63,233 nucleotides of DNA, filler included, from Octopus bimaculoides (GCF_001194135.2; 5 parts of 4 records of this genome joined end to end with filler, not necessarily neighbours in it); one strand, 5' to 3'; numbered from the whole stretch's first letter, positions 1 to 13,270 are shown. Notes: a model not told the origin generated them from the letters alone. Numbers and translations are program-made.

Positions 1-269
1 TATATATATATATACGCAAGTCGAATGCATGTAAGGGTTTTCCGATTGAAATAACCTTCCTTATTTGGGTAAACATTTTTGAAATTAATCTTATACGAAT
101 AAGTTTATTTTGAAATAATTTGATGTGATTTACTGTTGGACAAACAGTTGCTGAATACATTTTTAGCGTGAACTATAACTGAAATTTTCATTTTCTGCTA
201 AATATGTTGCTCTGAAGGATCGTTTTGGTCGACTGTGTATGCACATTTGGATTTATTGCAATGTCGAAG

Positions 270-481
270 TTTTATATCCTGGTGCGGGATAAATAATTTA
301 ACGAAGCAGGCTAAAGAAAGTATTCACACAACGTACTACTATTATTGTTACACAATGCCAAACAGCTCACGGTGAACTGCCAGCCGGAACTATTGACAGT
401 TCTTTATTTTATAGCAATGTGTCAGTCCACCTTTAGTCATATGGGGGTGGTCGGAATGATTCCACAACACGAAGTTTAACA
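270..481 (-). mobile_element. 3' LTR of an internally deleted Ty3/gypsy LTR retrotransposon
   Basis: Direct repeat of 885-1112 (roughly 80-85% identical by eye, one internal indel). The minus strand starts TGTTAAAC and ends GGATATAAAA. Confidence 0.8.
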
Positions 482-482
482 A

Positions 483-810
483 AAGTAGTCGTACTTTTTT
501 CTCGTCAGATCAATTTTTACATTCTTCTTTGAATATTTCTTCGTATCTTCGAAAAAAATGCAGAGAAGGTAATCCCTTCTGGATTATAACCGAATCTTTC
601 AATCTGAGTTTGCTACGCTGTCTGGCGAGTAAGAACCTGAAGTATTTTCAGATTTCTTCAACATTAATTTCAGCAACTGTTGGTTTTGTAGTTGTTGCTG
701 TTGTAATTGCTGTTGTATGTGCTGTTGTTGCTGTGTTAGTTGCTGTTGTTGTTGATGCTGTTGCTGTTGCAACTGCCCTACGGAGGTCAATAAGTCCTCC
801 AGGTTAAACG
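483..810 (-). pseudogene. Gag N-terminal fragment of a Ty3/gypsy (K02A2.6-like) element, frameshifted and truncated
   Basis: Minus strand reads LEDLLTSVGQLQQQQ...GSYSPDSVANS, then after a frameshift IERFGYNPEGITFSAFFRRYEEIFKEECKN*SDEKKVRLLL. This matches the recalled gypsy gag pattern F.Y.PE.G.TF..YF.RYE.IF...C..W.DEKKVRLLL. Confidence 0.8.
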
Positions 811-873
811 ATTTTTTCTTTGGTTTCGTACAAGAGATAACAATTCTAAACGTCCAACGCAAGATTCCAACAA

Positions 874-884
874 CTGGTCGCCAC
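874..884 (-). promoter_or_regulatory. Primer binding site (GTGGCGACCAG) just inside the 5' LTR
   Basis: TGGCGACC is complementary to a tRNA 3' end ...GGUCGCCA (Arg-like, not verified) and abuts the LTR end. Confidence 0.7.
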
Positions 885-1112
885 TTTTATATCCTGGTGT
901 TGGATAAATCATTTAAAGAAACAAGGGGAAGTAAATATTCACACGACGTACTACAGTTATTGTTACACGAGGTTTAACGCTCTCTGTGTACAACTGACAG
1001 TGAACTGCCTACTCGGAACTACTGACAGTTCTTTATTTTATAGAGCAATGTGTCAGCCCACTTTTATTCACATGGGGGTGGTCGCAATCCTTCCACAACA
1101 CAAAGTTTAACA
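885..1112 (-). mobile_element. 5' LTR of the same element
   Basis: Minus strand TGTTAAAC start, internal CTATAAAA TATA-like box, followed by the PBS. Direct repeat of 270-481. Confidence 0.8.
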
Positions 1113-1689
1113 AACTCTTATTAATTGGACTCTTAACTTCTGTGGCTTTATCTTTTTACGTTTATCTAGCAACTATTTATACAGAAATTTTATTCGCTTA
1201 CAACTGATACAATATTACGGTAAACTCGCTCTGGTGGTCTCTATAACATTTCAAATTACTCGATATGTTCCGGCCGGTTGGCAGTATGAACGGCAGCAAA
1301 GTAGATCAGCTATCATAGAATCTCTGAACCGTGACTATTACCAAGGGGAAAGGTATCCAAAGGTCTAATTAATGTAATATAAAGTTGGACGAACGATAAG
1401 TTGAGTAGTTGTGATGTATAAGAGAAGAATCAAATCGGGAGGAGAAGCGAAGTTCGAATGTCTTCTATTATTATTATATCGTGATTTGGAAAGACTTGAT
1501 TAACCCTGTGTATGATAACTGAAATGTAACGCACTGGTATTTACAATATATCAGTCTAGAGAAATATGAAGAATAATATAGATAATATCTCTTTCTTCGA
1601 TGTAAATTTGTCAAGTGATATCTGGATCTCAAGCGCACTGAACTATCTCTACGTAAAAATCACAGAAGTACAGATGCACACTCACTCAC

Positions 1690-1745
1690 ACTGTCGCTCT
1701 GTCACTCTGTCGCTCTGTCACTCTGTCGCTCTGTCACTCTGTCAC
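1690..1745 (+). repeat. 8-bp-unit minisatellite (CTGTCGCT/CTGTCACT alternating)
   Basis: Visible tandem units ctgtcgct ctgtcact, followed by CA and TA microsatellites. Confidence 0.85.
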
Positions 1746-1774
1746 ACAGGCACACACACAGACACACACATATG

Positions 1775-1842
<68 letters not shown>

Positions 1843-1893
1843 TAGATATATATATATATATAGATATAATTATATAGATTTAATTCTAATTAA

Positions 1894-2171
1894 GGGTGTT
1901 GTGAAACAGCACCAACATGCTAGAGATAGCCGTCAAATGGCTCTAAAACCACATCATATACACTCTGTTAGCACATGGTGAAAACGAGCAAATGAGTAAA
2001 AAAAGATTTAGCAAAACTTTTATAAGTTAAGGAATTTTGCTAAAACTTTTTTTATTGGTTTTGTTTTTTCATTTGCTCGCTTTCAACCTCTGCTAATGGA
2101 GTGCAAATAATGTGGTTTTTAGAGTCACTTGACGTCTATCTCTAGCTTATTGGTACTGTTTCTCCGTACCC
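1894..2171. mobile_element. Palindromic MITE/foldback with TTAA flanks (Kolobok-like non-autonomous DNA transposon)
   Basis: TTAA|GGGT...ACCC|TTAA (1890-1893 and 2172-2175). The left half gaaacagcacca...gctagagatagccgtcaa...gagcaaatga pairs with the reverse complement of the right half over most of its length. Confidence 0.75.
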
Positions 2172-3146
2172 TTAATTATAATTGTATCTATATAATTATA
2201 TAGCTATATTAATTCTTACCTATATGGTTTTTATTGCATGCTGACCACTGATAAGATCGTTATTTCATAATGATTTTATTCTTAGTTTGTATACACACAC
2301 ACAGAGATAGAAAGATAGATAGAGAGAGCCAGAGTAAGAGAGAGCCAGAGTGAGAGAGAGTGTGAGAGAGAGAAGACAGACAGATGGACAGACAGGCAGA
2401 GACAAGAGACGGACGGACAGTTTTTCCCATCAGGCATTTATATATGGCTTGATTCAAATTCCAACTCTCTGGAATAGGCACCTGACCTTTTAAGCATGTA
2501 ATATGCTGCAAATTCACTTATTACGGATTTGTTTTAATCGGCCTAGTGTTATTAACACTGAAAATTGTTCTAAAATAAAAAGCGATCTAATGCTTTGAAT
2601 CAGTTAGATTTTCTGGTTGAATAAGTTCTTATCTTGCAAACAACTACAGATTATAAGATTCAGAAAAGAAGTTAGTAGCGTTCTAAATAAATATCTCGAC
2701 AAGATCAGCATCTCGTTTTGACTCTGTTGGTAAAATATAGCACCGTCAAGTAGAATAGACTAATACCTGCTCCAAATTTTTCAGCTTGGGTCTACGTTAG
2801 AAACCTTTGTTATTCACTCCATTTTTAGGTACTTCATTTGATTTTAAATCTTCTTGAAGGTTATCTAAAAGCAGGTAAATTATATCGCAAACAAATACTT
2901 AATGTCCTGACAGTTAATCGAGGGTAGGCCAGTCTTTAGGAGAGCTCGTGTTTCCCACATTGTTCCCTAAAACCAGTAATAAATGTTCGCGTTCATATTT
3001 TATCATTTTAGGGTTGGTGAATTGAAGTATAATATTCAAAAAGAATAGCTTAACCTATGCCGGAAGTTCAATGTTTGAACAAAGAGTAAACGCTAACAAG
3101 GAATCTATAATATGGAAGAAAGATCCTAATATATTTATTGTAATTA

Positions 3147-3367
3147 AGGCAGCAAGCTTGCAGAATCGTTAGCATGCTCGGTAAAATGCTTACCGGTATT
3201 GCGTCCGTCATTACGTTCTGAGTACAAATTATGCCGGGGTCGACTTTACCTTTTATCCTTTGTGGGGAGGTGGAGCTCGATAAAATATTCACCAGTTAAA
3301 CACTGGGGTCAATGTAGTCGACTCACTCCTCTCTGAAATCTCTTGACTAGTGCCAAAACTTGAAACC
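3147..3367 (+). mobile_element. SINE family A (Nin/Deu-like core) with 19-bp TSD
   Basis: Core GTCGACTTTACCTTTTATCC...CGATAAAAT...CCAGTT...CACTGGGGTC. TSD aatatatttattgtaatta at 3128-3146 and 3368-3386. Confidence 0.9.
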
Positions 3368-4230
3368 AATATATTTATTGTAATTATACATTTTCGCCAA
3401 TTTTTATAGGAAACGAAATATTCTCTTCGTGGTATTTTGTTTCCTGGTAGAAGTCGCTGGCTCAAGCTAGAGCTCTAGCTTACAGTTACGCTGTCTCTCT
3501 GCCATACAATCATCGACTCGCAGGCATGGTTGGTCTCATTTTTGTAAAACATGTATAGCAAGACTTTCTTGCGCGACGATATACCGATTCTGGCAAACCA
3601 CTATTTCCAATTCGTGTGTTTGGTTTATAACAATAATATGAATAACACCAGCATGAACCATGATTGGATTAAGTAACAGAAGAAGAGGACAATATAATTC
3701 GATAATAAATATATAAAACTATATTTACAACAGCATTATTGTGCACTGGCGTAAATACAACATTATAAGTCGATATATTACTGTGTAGTTTTGATTGATA
3801 AATTGCCAATCAAATATAAAATGCAAATAGCTTCAGTAATACACTAAATTTGAATATTATGGGTTGTGAATTTGAAACAGCATATGATTCCGTTTTGGTG
3901 GCAAGAATGTCTGTGTCTTAAAAGAAATTTGCTTCGTATTGTACGTGCTTTTTGATTTCAATCTTGCTAGTTATCCGACGCCTTAAGCAAATTATTCATA
4001 CAATAAGCCCTATTCGTTTGATGTCTTGTAAATATAATTTCATAAATTGAACCTTGCGCGAGAAGACTTTGAAAAGACTGCCGCCCCTTTTGCCGAATGG
4101 TAGACGTAACCATCCGTTCTCGGTTTAACATCATCACTTGACGACCTTTGCCTATACACACACACCTTTGTGTGTAATTAAATATATGAATATATCTATA
4201 CATATGTGTTAGTGCGCGCACGCATTTGGG

Positions 4231-4300
<70 letters not shown>

Positions 4301-4324
4301 GCACATATACACACATATACACTT

Positions 4325-4363
<39 letters not shown>

Positions 4364-5376
4364 AACACATGCATACATGCTTACGTACATACCTACACAC
4401 ACACTCGTGCGCATACAGACACATACACACAAACGCACACACAAACACACACACACACATGAATAGGCATATGGCCAAGAAAATAAGAGATATTCCTCTT
4501 TTGCCATGAGCATAAGCAATGTTCAGATATTGTTTTACAAATAGCCTCAATAATATTTTTATTTATACCAAAAGCATTGGTGATTATTACGGTTTACTAA
4601 AATCTATATTAACATTAATGTCTCTTCAAGGGGGGAAGATATTTTGAGTGAAATCCTGAACAGCGAGATTTATGTTTGAAACAATATAAACCATATGTTT
4701 GACCTTGTGTTAGTTTTGAGTTTTGAGTCTCTCTTCTCCAATACATATACCTAAGAATGGCTGTATGATTAAGGAAGTTCCTTTACAACTATGACGATAC
4801 AAGTTCAATCCAACTGCGTAATACTTTTCAGGAGTATTTTGTTCCATGGCTTCCTGCCGATCAGAGACTTGCGTTGATGAGAATTGTATTAATGGAGACA
4901 TTACTCATAGTCTATTTTATTATTTTTTTTATAGAGTACTTAATCGCCCGCCCAATTTACCTACAACGTGTGGTACTTAGGTGGCTTCAGCAGAATCCAC
5001 TCTATTGCAAAAACCTGGAGAATGGTACTGTTATAAGAATAACTTCTTATATTCCATCTACATCACTCAGAAGTTCCGGAAAAGGATCGTGGGCATTTTG
5101 ATTGCTATTCTAAATCAGAAAAATATTTGTAATTATATACCGGAATGATTTGTTTATGTAAATATAAAACCGTGTATTCGAAATGTTTCTACTGCACTCA
5201 GTTCCATACTTTCCAATGATATCAGTCATTGACAAATTATTATCTGAATCAAAGAAAATTATTTTGAAATTAATTTTTTTCGCGACATAAAGAATTTTCA
5301 AAGAAACTCAACTAATTTACACAGAAAGAAATGTTACTGTTTCTTGATAATTTGTAGTTTGCAGTGTGTGATTGTG

Positions 5377-5380
5377 TGGG

Positions 5381-5464
<84 letters not shown>

Positions 5465-5575
5465 TGTGTGTGTGTGTGAGAGAGAGAGTGTGTGTGTGCG
5501 TCCCTGCGTGCGTGCGTGCGTATCTTTGTGTGTGTGTGTGTGTGTATGTATGTGTGTGTGTATGTATGTGTGTGT
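5377..5575. repeat. (GT)n compound microsatellite
   Basis: Direct reading. Confidence 0.95.
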
Positions 5576-6744
5576 TTATGATAACATTCTTCTGCCGTTG
5601 TGTATATTTAGAGATACATCTTTTAGAGATGCGTATATATAGAGAGACGGAATGTTCTAAGGTAAAATTAATAAAACTAATATATTTCTGTCTTTAATCG
5701 TAATGAAGTCAGCCATAATGAAAGCTCCAAACCTAACCAAATTCAAAAGAATGTACCAGTATCAAAATTGCAGGTAAGAAAATAAATCAAGCACAAGTCC
5801 TTCATCTACTTTAACAGATACAACGCAAATCTAACATAACGTTGTTTCTTCTAGTCTTTGAGGGGTTTTCCCCCATTGCAATATTTCTTAATTGTGTCGA
5901 TCACACATTCAGAGAAGATGCCGCTCTTTGAACGCATGTGATTATTTAAACATATCGTTCCGTCCACTTCATTAACTAGATGTAATGTTGGTGATTTTCA
6001 AAAGAATCTATTTAGTCAAACTTCTTCACAGTGATGTAAACAGCAACCAATATCGTATGCGGCTGGATCTCATAAAAGCCTTTGTTATGATTATATTTAT
6101 AAGAGAAACTTTTTGCAAAACAGCTAAACTTTAATAAAGTTTGCTTCTACCTTTGAGATCCTTTATCTGATGATACAATCAATATCTGTTTTATTTAATT
6201 TCTTCTATATCAAATCTATAACGATGCAGGGTATGTCTTTGGAGTTATTTATTATCACACACGAAAAAACTTGATAATTGTTTATATTTTCACAAACTGT
6301 TCGACTCAATTTTGCTGCAGCTGAAGAGGTTTCTCACTCGGAGTACATAGTTGCAAAACAGTTTGTGACGTTCGTACTGTAGGAGAGAATAGTATATTTT
6401 GACATAACTACATTGAAAAGTTTGCATTGGGGTAGAATTACTAAATATCATTATCAAAGAATGCTGCCCTAAATTAATACAATGACTTAATATTCGGTCA
6501 CATATCAGTGCTCATAATTGTAGTAATAATGATTTTCAACATTGCATCAACAACACTGTTCGACTGAATGCATTTGAATCCATCGACCTTGAAGGGATAA
6601 AAAACATGAACATTCATTAATTCAAACTCAGAACTCAGAATATATTTAAATATTTCCAGTTATTTTTTCCATGCCTTACTGATTCTGTCAACCCTATAAC
6701 AACAACGACAATAACAGCAACAGCAATAAAAGCAGCATCACATT

Positions 6745-7090
6745 TTGGTACAAAGTCAGTTATCTTGAGGGGGGAGGAGCTAGCCGATAACAAAGATCTC
6801 TGTTCTTGACTGGTACTTCATTTCATCGTCCCCAAAAATTGTCTGGCATATTAACGATTCTGCCATCTCGCCGTCTTAAAAATAGTAGTAAGGATAATCC
6901 CTCCTACTATGGGCGCAAGGCTTGAGATTTTGGTGAATGGGCCAGCCGATTATATCGTCCCCGATACTCAATTGGTACTTACTTTATCGACCCCGAAAAA
7001 ATGAAAGGCAAACGCAACTGCAGCGGAATTTGAACTCAGAATTTAAAAACGGAAGAAATTCCACTAAGAACTAAATACGTCATTTACCGA
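6745..7090 (-). mobile_element. Two adjacent degraded SINE family A copies
   Basis: Core matches on the minus strand at about 6745-6877 (internally deleted) and 6908-7090 (plus-strand text ggtacttactttatcgaccccgaaaaaatgaaaggcaaa...ggaatttgaactcagaa). Confidence 0.75.
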
Positions 7091-7650
7091 TGTGTTATAC
7101 GTCATAAAACATTCGTTGTTATGATAAAAAGCGTATCACAAGAGCCAAGACACTGAAAATATGGCGCTTTATGCGGTGCAATGGAATGTGGCAATGAAAG
7201 TAAGGAAAGACAACTAGGATCATCTTATCTAAAGCATGATGTATGAGATTGATTTTGTCTTTAATATCATTCAGCCAGTGGTGTTTACCCTCCTTATTTG
7301 CTGTTGCCGTTAGTGCTGTTTATTTCCTATTTTTCTCCTCTATTTATAGGAACATTAGACGCATTATACTCTGACTATATAAATGACTAATCCTATTTAT
7401 TTGTCTACTAAAATATTGATGTTTAAGAAGTAAATTACTTCCATTTCCTTAAATAACGATATATTGTTCTCTGAAATATTATCCATGAGAGAACAAGAAC
7501 AAAATTTAACTCTGTTATCATTAATGTTCACAATTGTTTTGCATCAAGGTATATATTTCACTAAAGACTGAATCAATCGGAGAGAGAGAGAGAGAGAGAG
7601 AGTGTGTGAGAGTGAGAGAGAGTAAGACAGAGAGAGAAAGACAGAGATGG

Positions 7651-7715
<65 letters not shown>

Positions 7716-7734
7716 GCCTAATATGCCATTCGTT

Positions 7735-7890
7735 AAGGCACATGGTCTAGTGGTTATAGATGTTTGCCTCATGTTCGCAATGTGATTCCATTTCTGTAAT
7801 AATCGTCACGCTGCATCTTTGAAAAAGGCACTTCATTTTACGGCACCTCAGTTTATTCAGCTACAATGAATATCAGCAAGGTGTTGGTGC
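7735..7890 (+). mobile_element. Degraded tRNA-head SINE (family B)
   Basis: tggtctagtggtta A-box-like head and cacttcattttacg...ttcagct similarity to 22511-22775. Confidence 0.5.
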
Positions 7891-7904
7891 AACCCTCACC
7901 TCCT

Positions 7905-8292
7905 CCAGGTGTCACTTTTTGGATGTTCCCTGGATCATGAGTAAGGAGTCGTTGAGCGTACATATGAACTTGGCATCGGTAATCGATCGGTAAGGCGTAT
8001 TTTGCATGAAGACCTGCATTTAAACCTGTACAAATTGGTCATTGGGCAACAGTTGAAACCATGGGAATATGCAGAGAGCAATGCTAGAGAGAGTTGAAGC
8101 CAACTTCCAAGAACGTCTTCAGGAATGTACCAATGAAAACGGGCACCACAGGATGGATGTTGTTTTCCACACTTTATTTTAACAAAGTTAGTTCAATACA
8201 AACACATTAATGTCAATATAATTTGTTTTCAGCTTAAATTAATGATTTTGTGACTTTTTCCAAAACGTCCGTTCTCTCTGTCCCACCCTGTA
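7905..8292 (+). mobile_element. Internally deleted Tc1/mariner-type transposon
   Basis: 7966-8077 ELGIGNRSVRRILHEDLHLNLYKLVIGQQLKPWEYAE (HTH region) is fused to 8081-8182 MLERVEANFQERLQECTNENGHHRMDVVFHTLF* (C-terminus). The element ends CACCCTG|TA. Confidence 0.75.
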
Positions 8293-8516
8293 TCTATTCC
8301 ACCCTCCTATTCACTTTCCTACTCCCCACCTTTATTACTACTCCCTTACTTGCCTCATTATTAACCGCTCACTCCTCTCGAACTATCTTTCCTCCTCTTA
8401 CCGTTCCCTGTCTTAATAACCTCAAGTTCCCTTTCTAATACACTTAGCTCTCCACATTTAACCATTCCATCTTTGAACCTCTCTGCATTAAGATCTGAAA
8501 TGTAAGGTGTCATCTA

Positions 8517-8635
8517 CCCTGATGACGGAGGGCCGTCTCATCCTGTGTTAAATGCAACCATACAGGCGCATTTTGTGATGGACTAAATCTGCTAACATTA
8601 TTATGGGTCACCGAAGGCCCAGAAACAGTTGTTGG
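8517..8635 (+). ncRNA. Degenerate type I hammerhead-like motif
   Basis: CTGATGA at 8519-8525 and GAAACAGTTGTT at 8622-8633 (one change from palindrome ACAGCTGT). Stem I is only 2 bp and stem II closure is unclear. Confidence 0.3.
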
Positions 8636-10033
8636 ACTTATAATACCTTTCTTCCATCCCTTTAAATTTCTCTGTCGCTTATACTCAGTGTAATTTGGAC
8701 CTATTTACACAAATGTATATTTATACATATGAATTCGTCATTCATCGTCTGAAAGTTTCCACTTTTTGCTTTCTCTCGTTTACATATATGCATATTTTAT
8801 ATTTTATTGTACCTAATATATTTTATATATTTGATGTGTCCAATTTCCTTATCCTAATAATTGTTTCTATATATATGAGTATGTATGTGTATGTATATGT
8901 TTATGTATGTACATATATATGTGTATGTGTGTGTATGTGTATATATATATATATATATATNNNNNNNNNNNNNNNNNNNNNNNNNNNNNNNNNNNNNNNN
9001 NNNNNNNNNNNNNNNNNNNNNNNNNNNNNNNNNNNNNNNNNNNNNNNNNNNNNNNNNNNNNNNNNNNNNNNNNNNNNNNNNNNNNNNNNNNNNNNNNNNN
9101 NNNNNNNNNNNNNNNNNNNNNNNNNNNNNNNNNNNNNNNNNNNNNNNNNNNNNNNNNNNNNNNNNNNNNNNNNNNNNNNNNNNNNNNNNNNNNNNNNNNN
9201 NNNNNNNNNNNNNNNNNNNNNNNNNNNNNNNNNNNNNNNNNNNNNNNNNNNNNNNNNNNNNNNNNNNNNNNNNNNNNNNNNNNNNNNNNNNNNNNATATA
9301 TATATATATATATATATATACCTGAGCGTGTGCATGTGTATGCGGATATTCATATGTGTGCGTTTTGTGCATGTATTTCTGCTTTCATCTGCACCTTGGA
9401 TTTTATTCGTGTTCTTCCTATGTATGTACAATCAATATGGTATATAGTATCTTCTATAAACTACCGTAATTCTAAACGTAACAATATCATTTGATTTTAT
9501 GCACTTAATTCACTTATTATATTCATTTATTCTACATATAATGTTACATGTCAAAACCAAACAAATAACATTATGTATAAACATAGTTGTATATCAAATA
9601 CGATCATACACAACATGATATGCAACTGAAAGAATATTGAAGTTAATAGAATCACGATTTATTGAAATAATTTCCCTATAAGATTGATTTTTTGTGTGTT
9701 AAGATCAAAATATTAGAGAAAGATTATAAAGTTTTCTTATCAGAAATGTCGGTAGCATATATAATCTAGATATCGATATAAAATTTTGTTTAAATAACTT
9801 TCATATCAATATTCGGATTTGTTTATCGTATACAGAAAGAAAAAATAAAACAATAGTTAGAGAGAAATAAGACGACCATTGACGAATTGTTCAATATTTT
9901 AAAACATCGGACTTATCTAATTGTATATATTTAAATATTTAAACATAAAAGAAATCACTCGGGAGGACCAGTGACATCCGGGATGACCAGTGACATACGC
10001 AAATACAAGTATTAAAAGCACCATAGAGACGTA

Positions 10034-10072
<39 letters not shown>

Positions 10073-11167
10073 GAATATATAAGACATTGGTATCAAGCTA
10101 TACAAGTTTCGCATCCATTTTAGACATTATATGTAGCAGTCATTATTTCACTAAGTTCCAGTCTACTTTGCTGAAAGTGGGAACCAGCTATGTGCAGGTG
10201 TAGTTCTCTCCCCACTTCTAGCTGTCATATCGTGTGTTCAAAGTGTGTCTGTGTCGAAAGGGTGTTTATATCCGTTGGGCTCATGACTGTGTATGCTCTT
10301 GAAAAAATTTACAAATATATGCCGCATGTTATGGCGCGAAATTTAGGGGTTTTTGGTTGATATCTGATGAGGGACGAACATGTCAACGACTTGTGTGTGT
10401 TTTTAACGATTTCCTTTGTCCGATCAGTTTACTCTTATAATTTAATTTAACCCCACGTACCCTTTCTTTGTTCCCATTCTAAATGGTACCCCAAACAGTG
10501 GGTAATATTTGATGCGACATCTCCCACTCTCTCCTTCCCTCCTTCTCTCTCTCTCTGTTTCCCTCTTTTCTTTCTGTTTTTCTTTCCTCTTTCACAACCT
10601 TACATCGCTATAGCTTTTTCTGTCTACTCCTTTCACTTTTCCATTCTCCATCCCCCTCTCCTATTCTGCGTACACCCCTTATCTATGCAATACCTTCTAT
10701 ATCTATATAAATATATTTCTACCTATCTGCCTCATTTCTCTCGTTACTTAGCTTATACTCACTCACACACATATATAAATTTAATGGGGATATATTGAAC
10801 AGATGGATGCCAGTCAAAAGAGATGTACACTACGTATGATTGCTAGATTGTATGATAGAAATTAACAGAGAAGAAAATGCATTCAGAAAGCGAAGTAGGC
10901 ATCAATGAAAGGAAGTTTATTGGTATTTTCGTAAATCCAGGAGTATCCCAATTTAGACGGAACATTTGATAGTTCCATATTATAATAATACCATAAATGA
11001 AATCTATAGTATCACTTCAACTGTTTCATTAAGAAATTTTATTTGTGACGTAAACATCATACAAAACAAATAATTCTGTACAGACGTGCAATATCAATAA
11101 GGTTTTGCGATACGTGCATGTGCGCGTATTTTACAACGACAGAAAGTGAGAATAAAAGACTTAACTA

Positions 11168-11365
11168 TATTCTTTTCTATTCTAGTGGGAGGGTGCCAGT
11201 CGATTAGATCGACCGCAGTACGCAACTGGTACTTAATTTATCGAACACGAAAAGATGAAAGGCAAAGTCAAACTCGGCGGAATTTGAACTTAGAACGTAA
11301 AGACAGACGAAACACAGCCAAGCATTTCGCTCGGCGTGCTAACGTTTCGGCCAGCTCACCGCCTT
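11168..11365 (-). mobile_element. SINE family A with 13-bp TSD
   Basis: Full head and core on the minus strand. TSD aaagacttaacta at 11155-11167 and 11366-11378. Confidence 0.9.
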
Positions 11366-12512
11366 AAAGACTTAACTACATTGATGAAATATATGTTTAC
11401 ATTAAATTATTTTCTTCTCGCATTGGCTACGCATAAAGCAAGACGATGAAGATGATTATTTTAAATGATATTCGTTTTAATGAACTGAATTCTGGATTTA
11501 TGCAAAAGTAGTAAAATCTAGAACACTATGTTAAAAAGAAAATCGTTTTNNNNNNNNNNNNNNNNNNNNNNNNNNNNNNNNNNNNNNNNNNNNNNNNNNN
11601 NNNNNNNNNNNNNNNNNNNNNNNNNNNNNNNNNNNNNNNNNNNNNNNNNNNNNNNNNNNNNNNNNNNNNNNNNNNNNNNNNNNNNNNNNNNNNNNNNNNN
11701 NNNNNNNNNNNNNNNNNNNNNNNNNNNNNNNNNNNNNNNNNNNNNNNNNNNNNNNNNNNNNNNNNNNNNNNNNNNNNNNNNNNNNNNNNNNNNNNNNNNN
11801 NNNNNNNNNNNNNNNNNNNNNNNNNNNNNNNNNNNNNNNNNNNNNNNNNNNNNNNNNNNNNNNNNNNNNNNNNNNNNNNNNNNNNNNNNNNNNNNNNNNN
11901 NNNNNNNNNNNNNNNNNNNNNNNNNNNNNNNNNNNNNNNNNNNNNNNNNNNNNNNNNNNNNNNNNNNNNNNNNNACTACTACTACTACTACTTCCGTTCT
12001 ATTGATATTGGTTGTGTTTCTAATTGTAGATGTCGTTAACGGCAGATTTAACAAACTGGTTTTGCAGTGTCTAAAGTTGCTTCATAGAATTCTCTCATTC
12101 ACATTATTTGAATTAAAAAAAAAAAACTGTTTATTATTCACTTGTAATTTTTGTTGGTTTGTTTGTTTACGACAATTAAATTCCTATTAACAATCTCTCT
12201 TGAGTGACAAAAAAAAAAAAAACACTTTTGATATAGAAGTAACGTTTATAAGTGACGTTTTACAATAGATTCGAGAGAGAATAGCGGACGACCCATATGC
12301 CTGTTTAGTGAACTCTGAAAACAGAATATCTGCCGGTCGTATGTCGTAACCAAGGTCGCTGATCTAGTCATTTATTCTGAAATGTTTCTGTTCATTTAGC
12401 TGTGAATGGATGCTCATTACAGTAAATTATACAATAAAGTCACATTGAAATTCGATACTGCTTAAATGGTAGCGTTGGCAATTGTAGCTAATCGATGATA
12501 TATATATATATA

Positions 12513-12543
<31 letters not shown>

Positions 12544-12590
12544 ATATATATATATATATATATATAAGATATATATATATAATATATTAA

Positions 12591-12621
<31 letters not shown>

Positions 12622-12622
<1 letters not shown>

Positions 12623-12835
12623 GGTGGGGAGTTGGTAGGATTGTTAGAATGCTGAGCAAAGTGTTTAGCGGCATTTCGTCCACGTTTTCGCTGTGAGTTC
12701 AAATTCCGCCGAGGTCAACTTTGTATTTCATCTTTCGGGGTCGATGAAATAAGTACCAGTTGATCACTGGGGCTGATGCATTTGACTTACACCACCCCAA
12801 AATTGATGGCCTTGTGCAAATACTTGAAACTTTTG
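12622..12835 (+). mobile_element. SINE family A, following an (ATT)n tract
   Basis: gagttcaaattccgccgaggtcaactttgtatttcatctttcggggtcgatgaaataagtaccag core. Confidence 0.85.
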
Positions 12836-13209
12836 TTATTTGAAACAGCGTGATTCCGTTCGATGCAACTTAAAGTTTTGCAGGTTTCTGTTAGTAATCT
12901 GTGACACTTTGAGTCACATGCAACCAAATCAAACTTCTTTTAAATAATAGTATATGTGACTCCTACTGAATGTGTTGCTATCCATCGTCTCCCATTTGCT
13001 CACACTAACATTCATTATTTATTATTACGAATCCACGTACATCCACATGGAGTTCAACTGTGAGTACACTGTTAAGTTCCATCAAGACTGTTTGGCCACA
13101 CCATATACATGCAGTACACACCCGTCCCTCATTGTGGAGGGACGGGGTGATATTTTTTTCACATTTTGGGGCGTTTGTGGAGGTAGGAGATGAAGTTACA
13201 GAAAAAAAT

Positions 13210-13270
13210 GGACTGAGAGTGTGGCAAGAAGCTTGCTTCCAAACTACATGGCACCGGGTTCAGTCCCACC
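13210..13270 (+). mobile_element. SINE family C head fragment (tRNA/CORE-like)
   Basis: gtgtggcaagaagcttgcttccaaactacatggcaccgggttcagtcccac matches 46441-46555. Confidence 0.6.

Noticed and set aside
599-862. PolyQ ORF as a host transcription-factor exon
   Set aside because: It lies between two LTRs after a PBS and continues into a gag motif, so it is retroelement-derived.
1280-1450. SRSAIIESL...YPK resembling a Tc1/mariner N-terminus
   Set aside because: Too short and degenerate; no TIR or downstream domain found.
5700-6560. Possible decayed hAT transposase on the minus strand (KWTERY resembling TRW.ERH)
   Set aside because: Only one short motif, with no continuous alignment supportable by eye.
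10357-10388. GTTGATAT-CTGATGA-GGGAC-GAACATGTC-AAC hammerhead-like string
   Set aside because: No real stem II, one A short in GAAA, and stem I out of register with the cleavage site.
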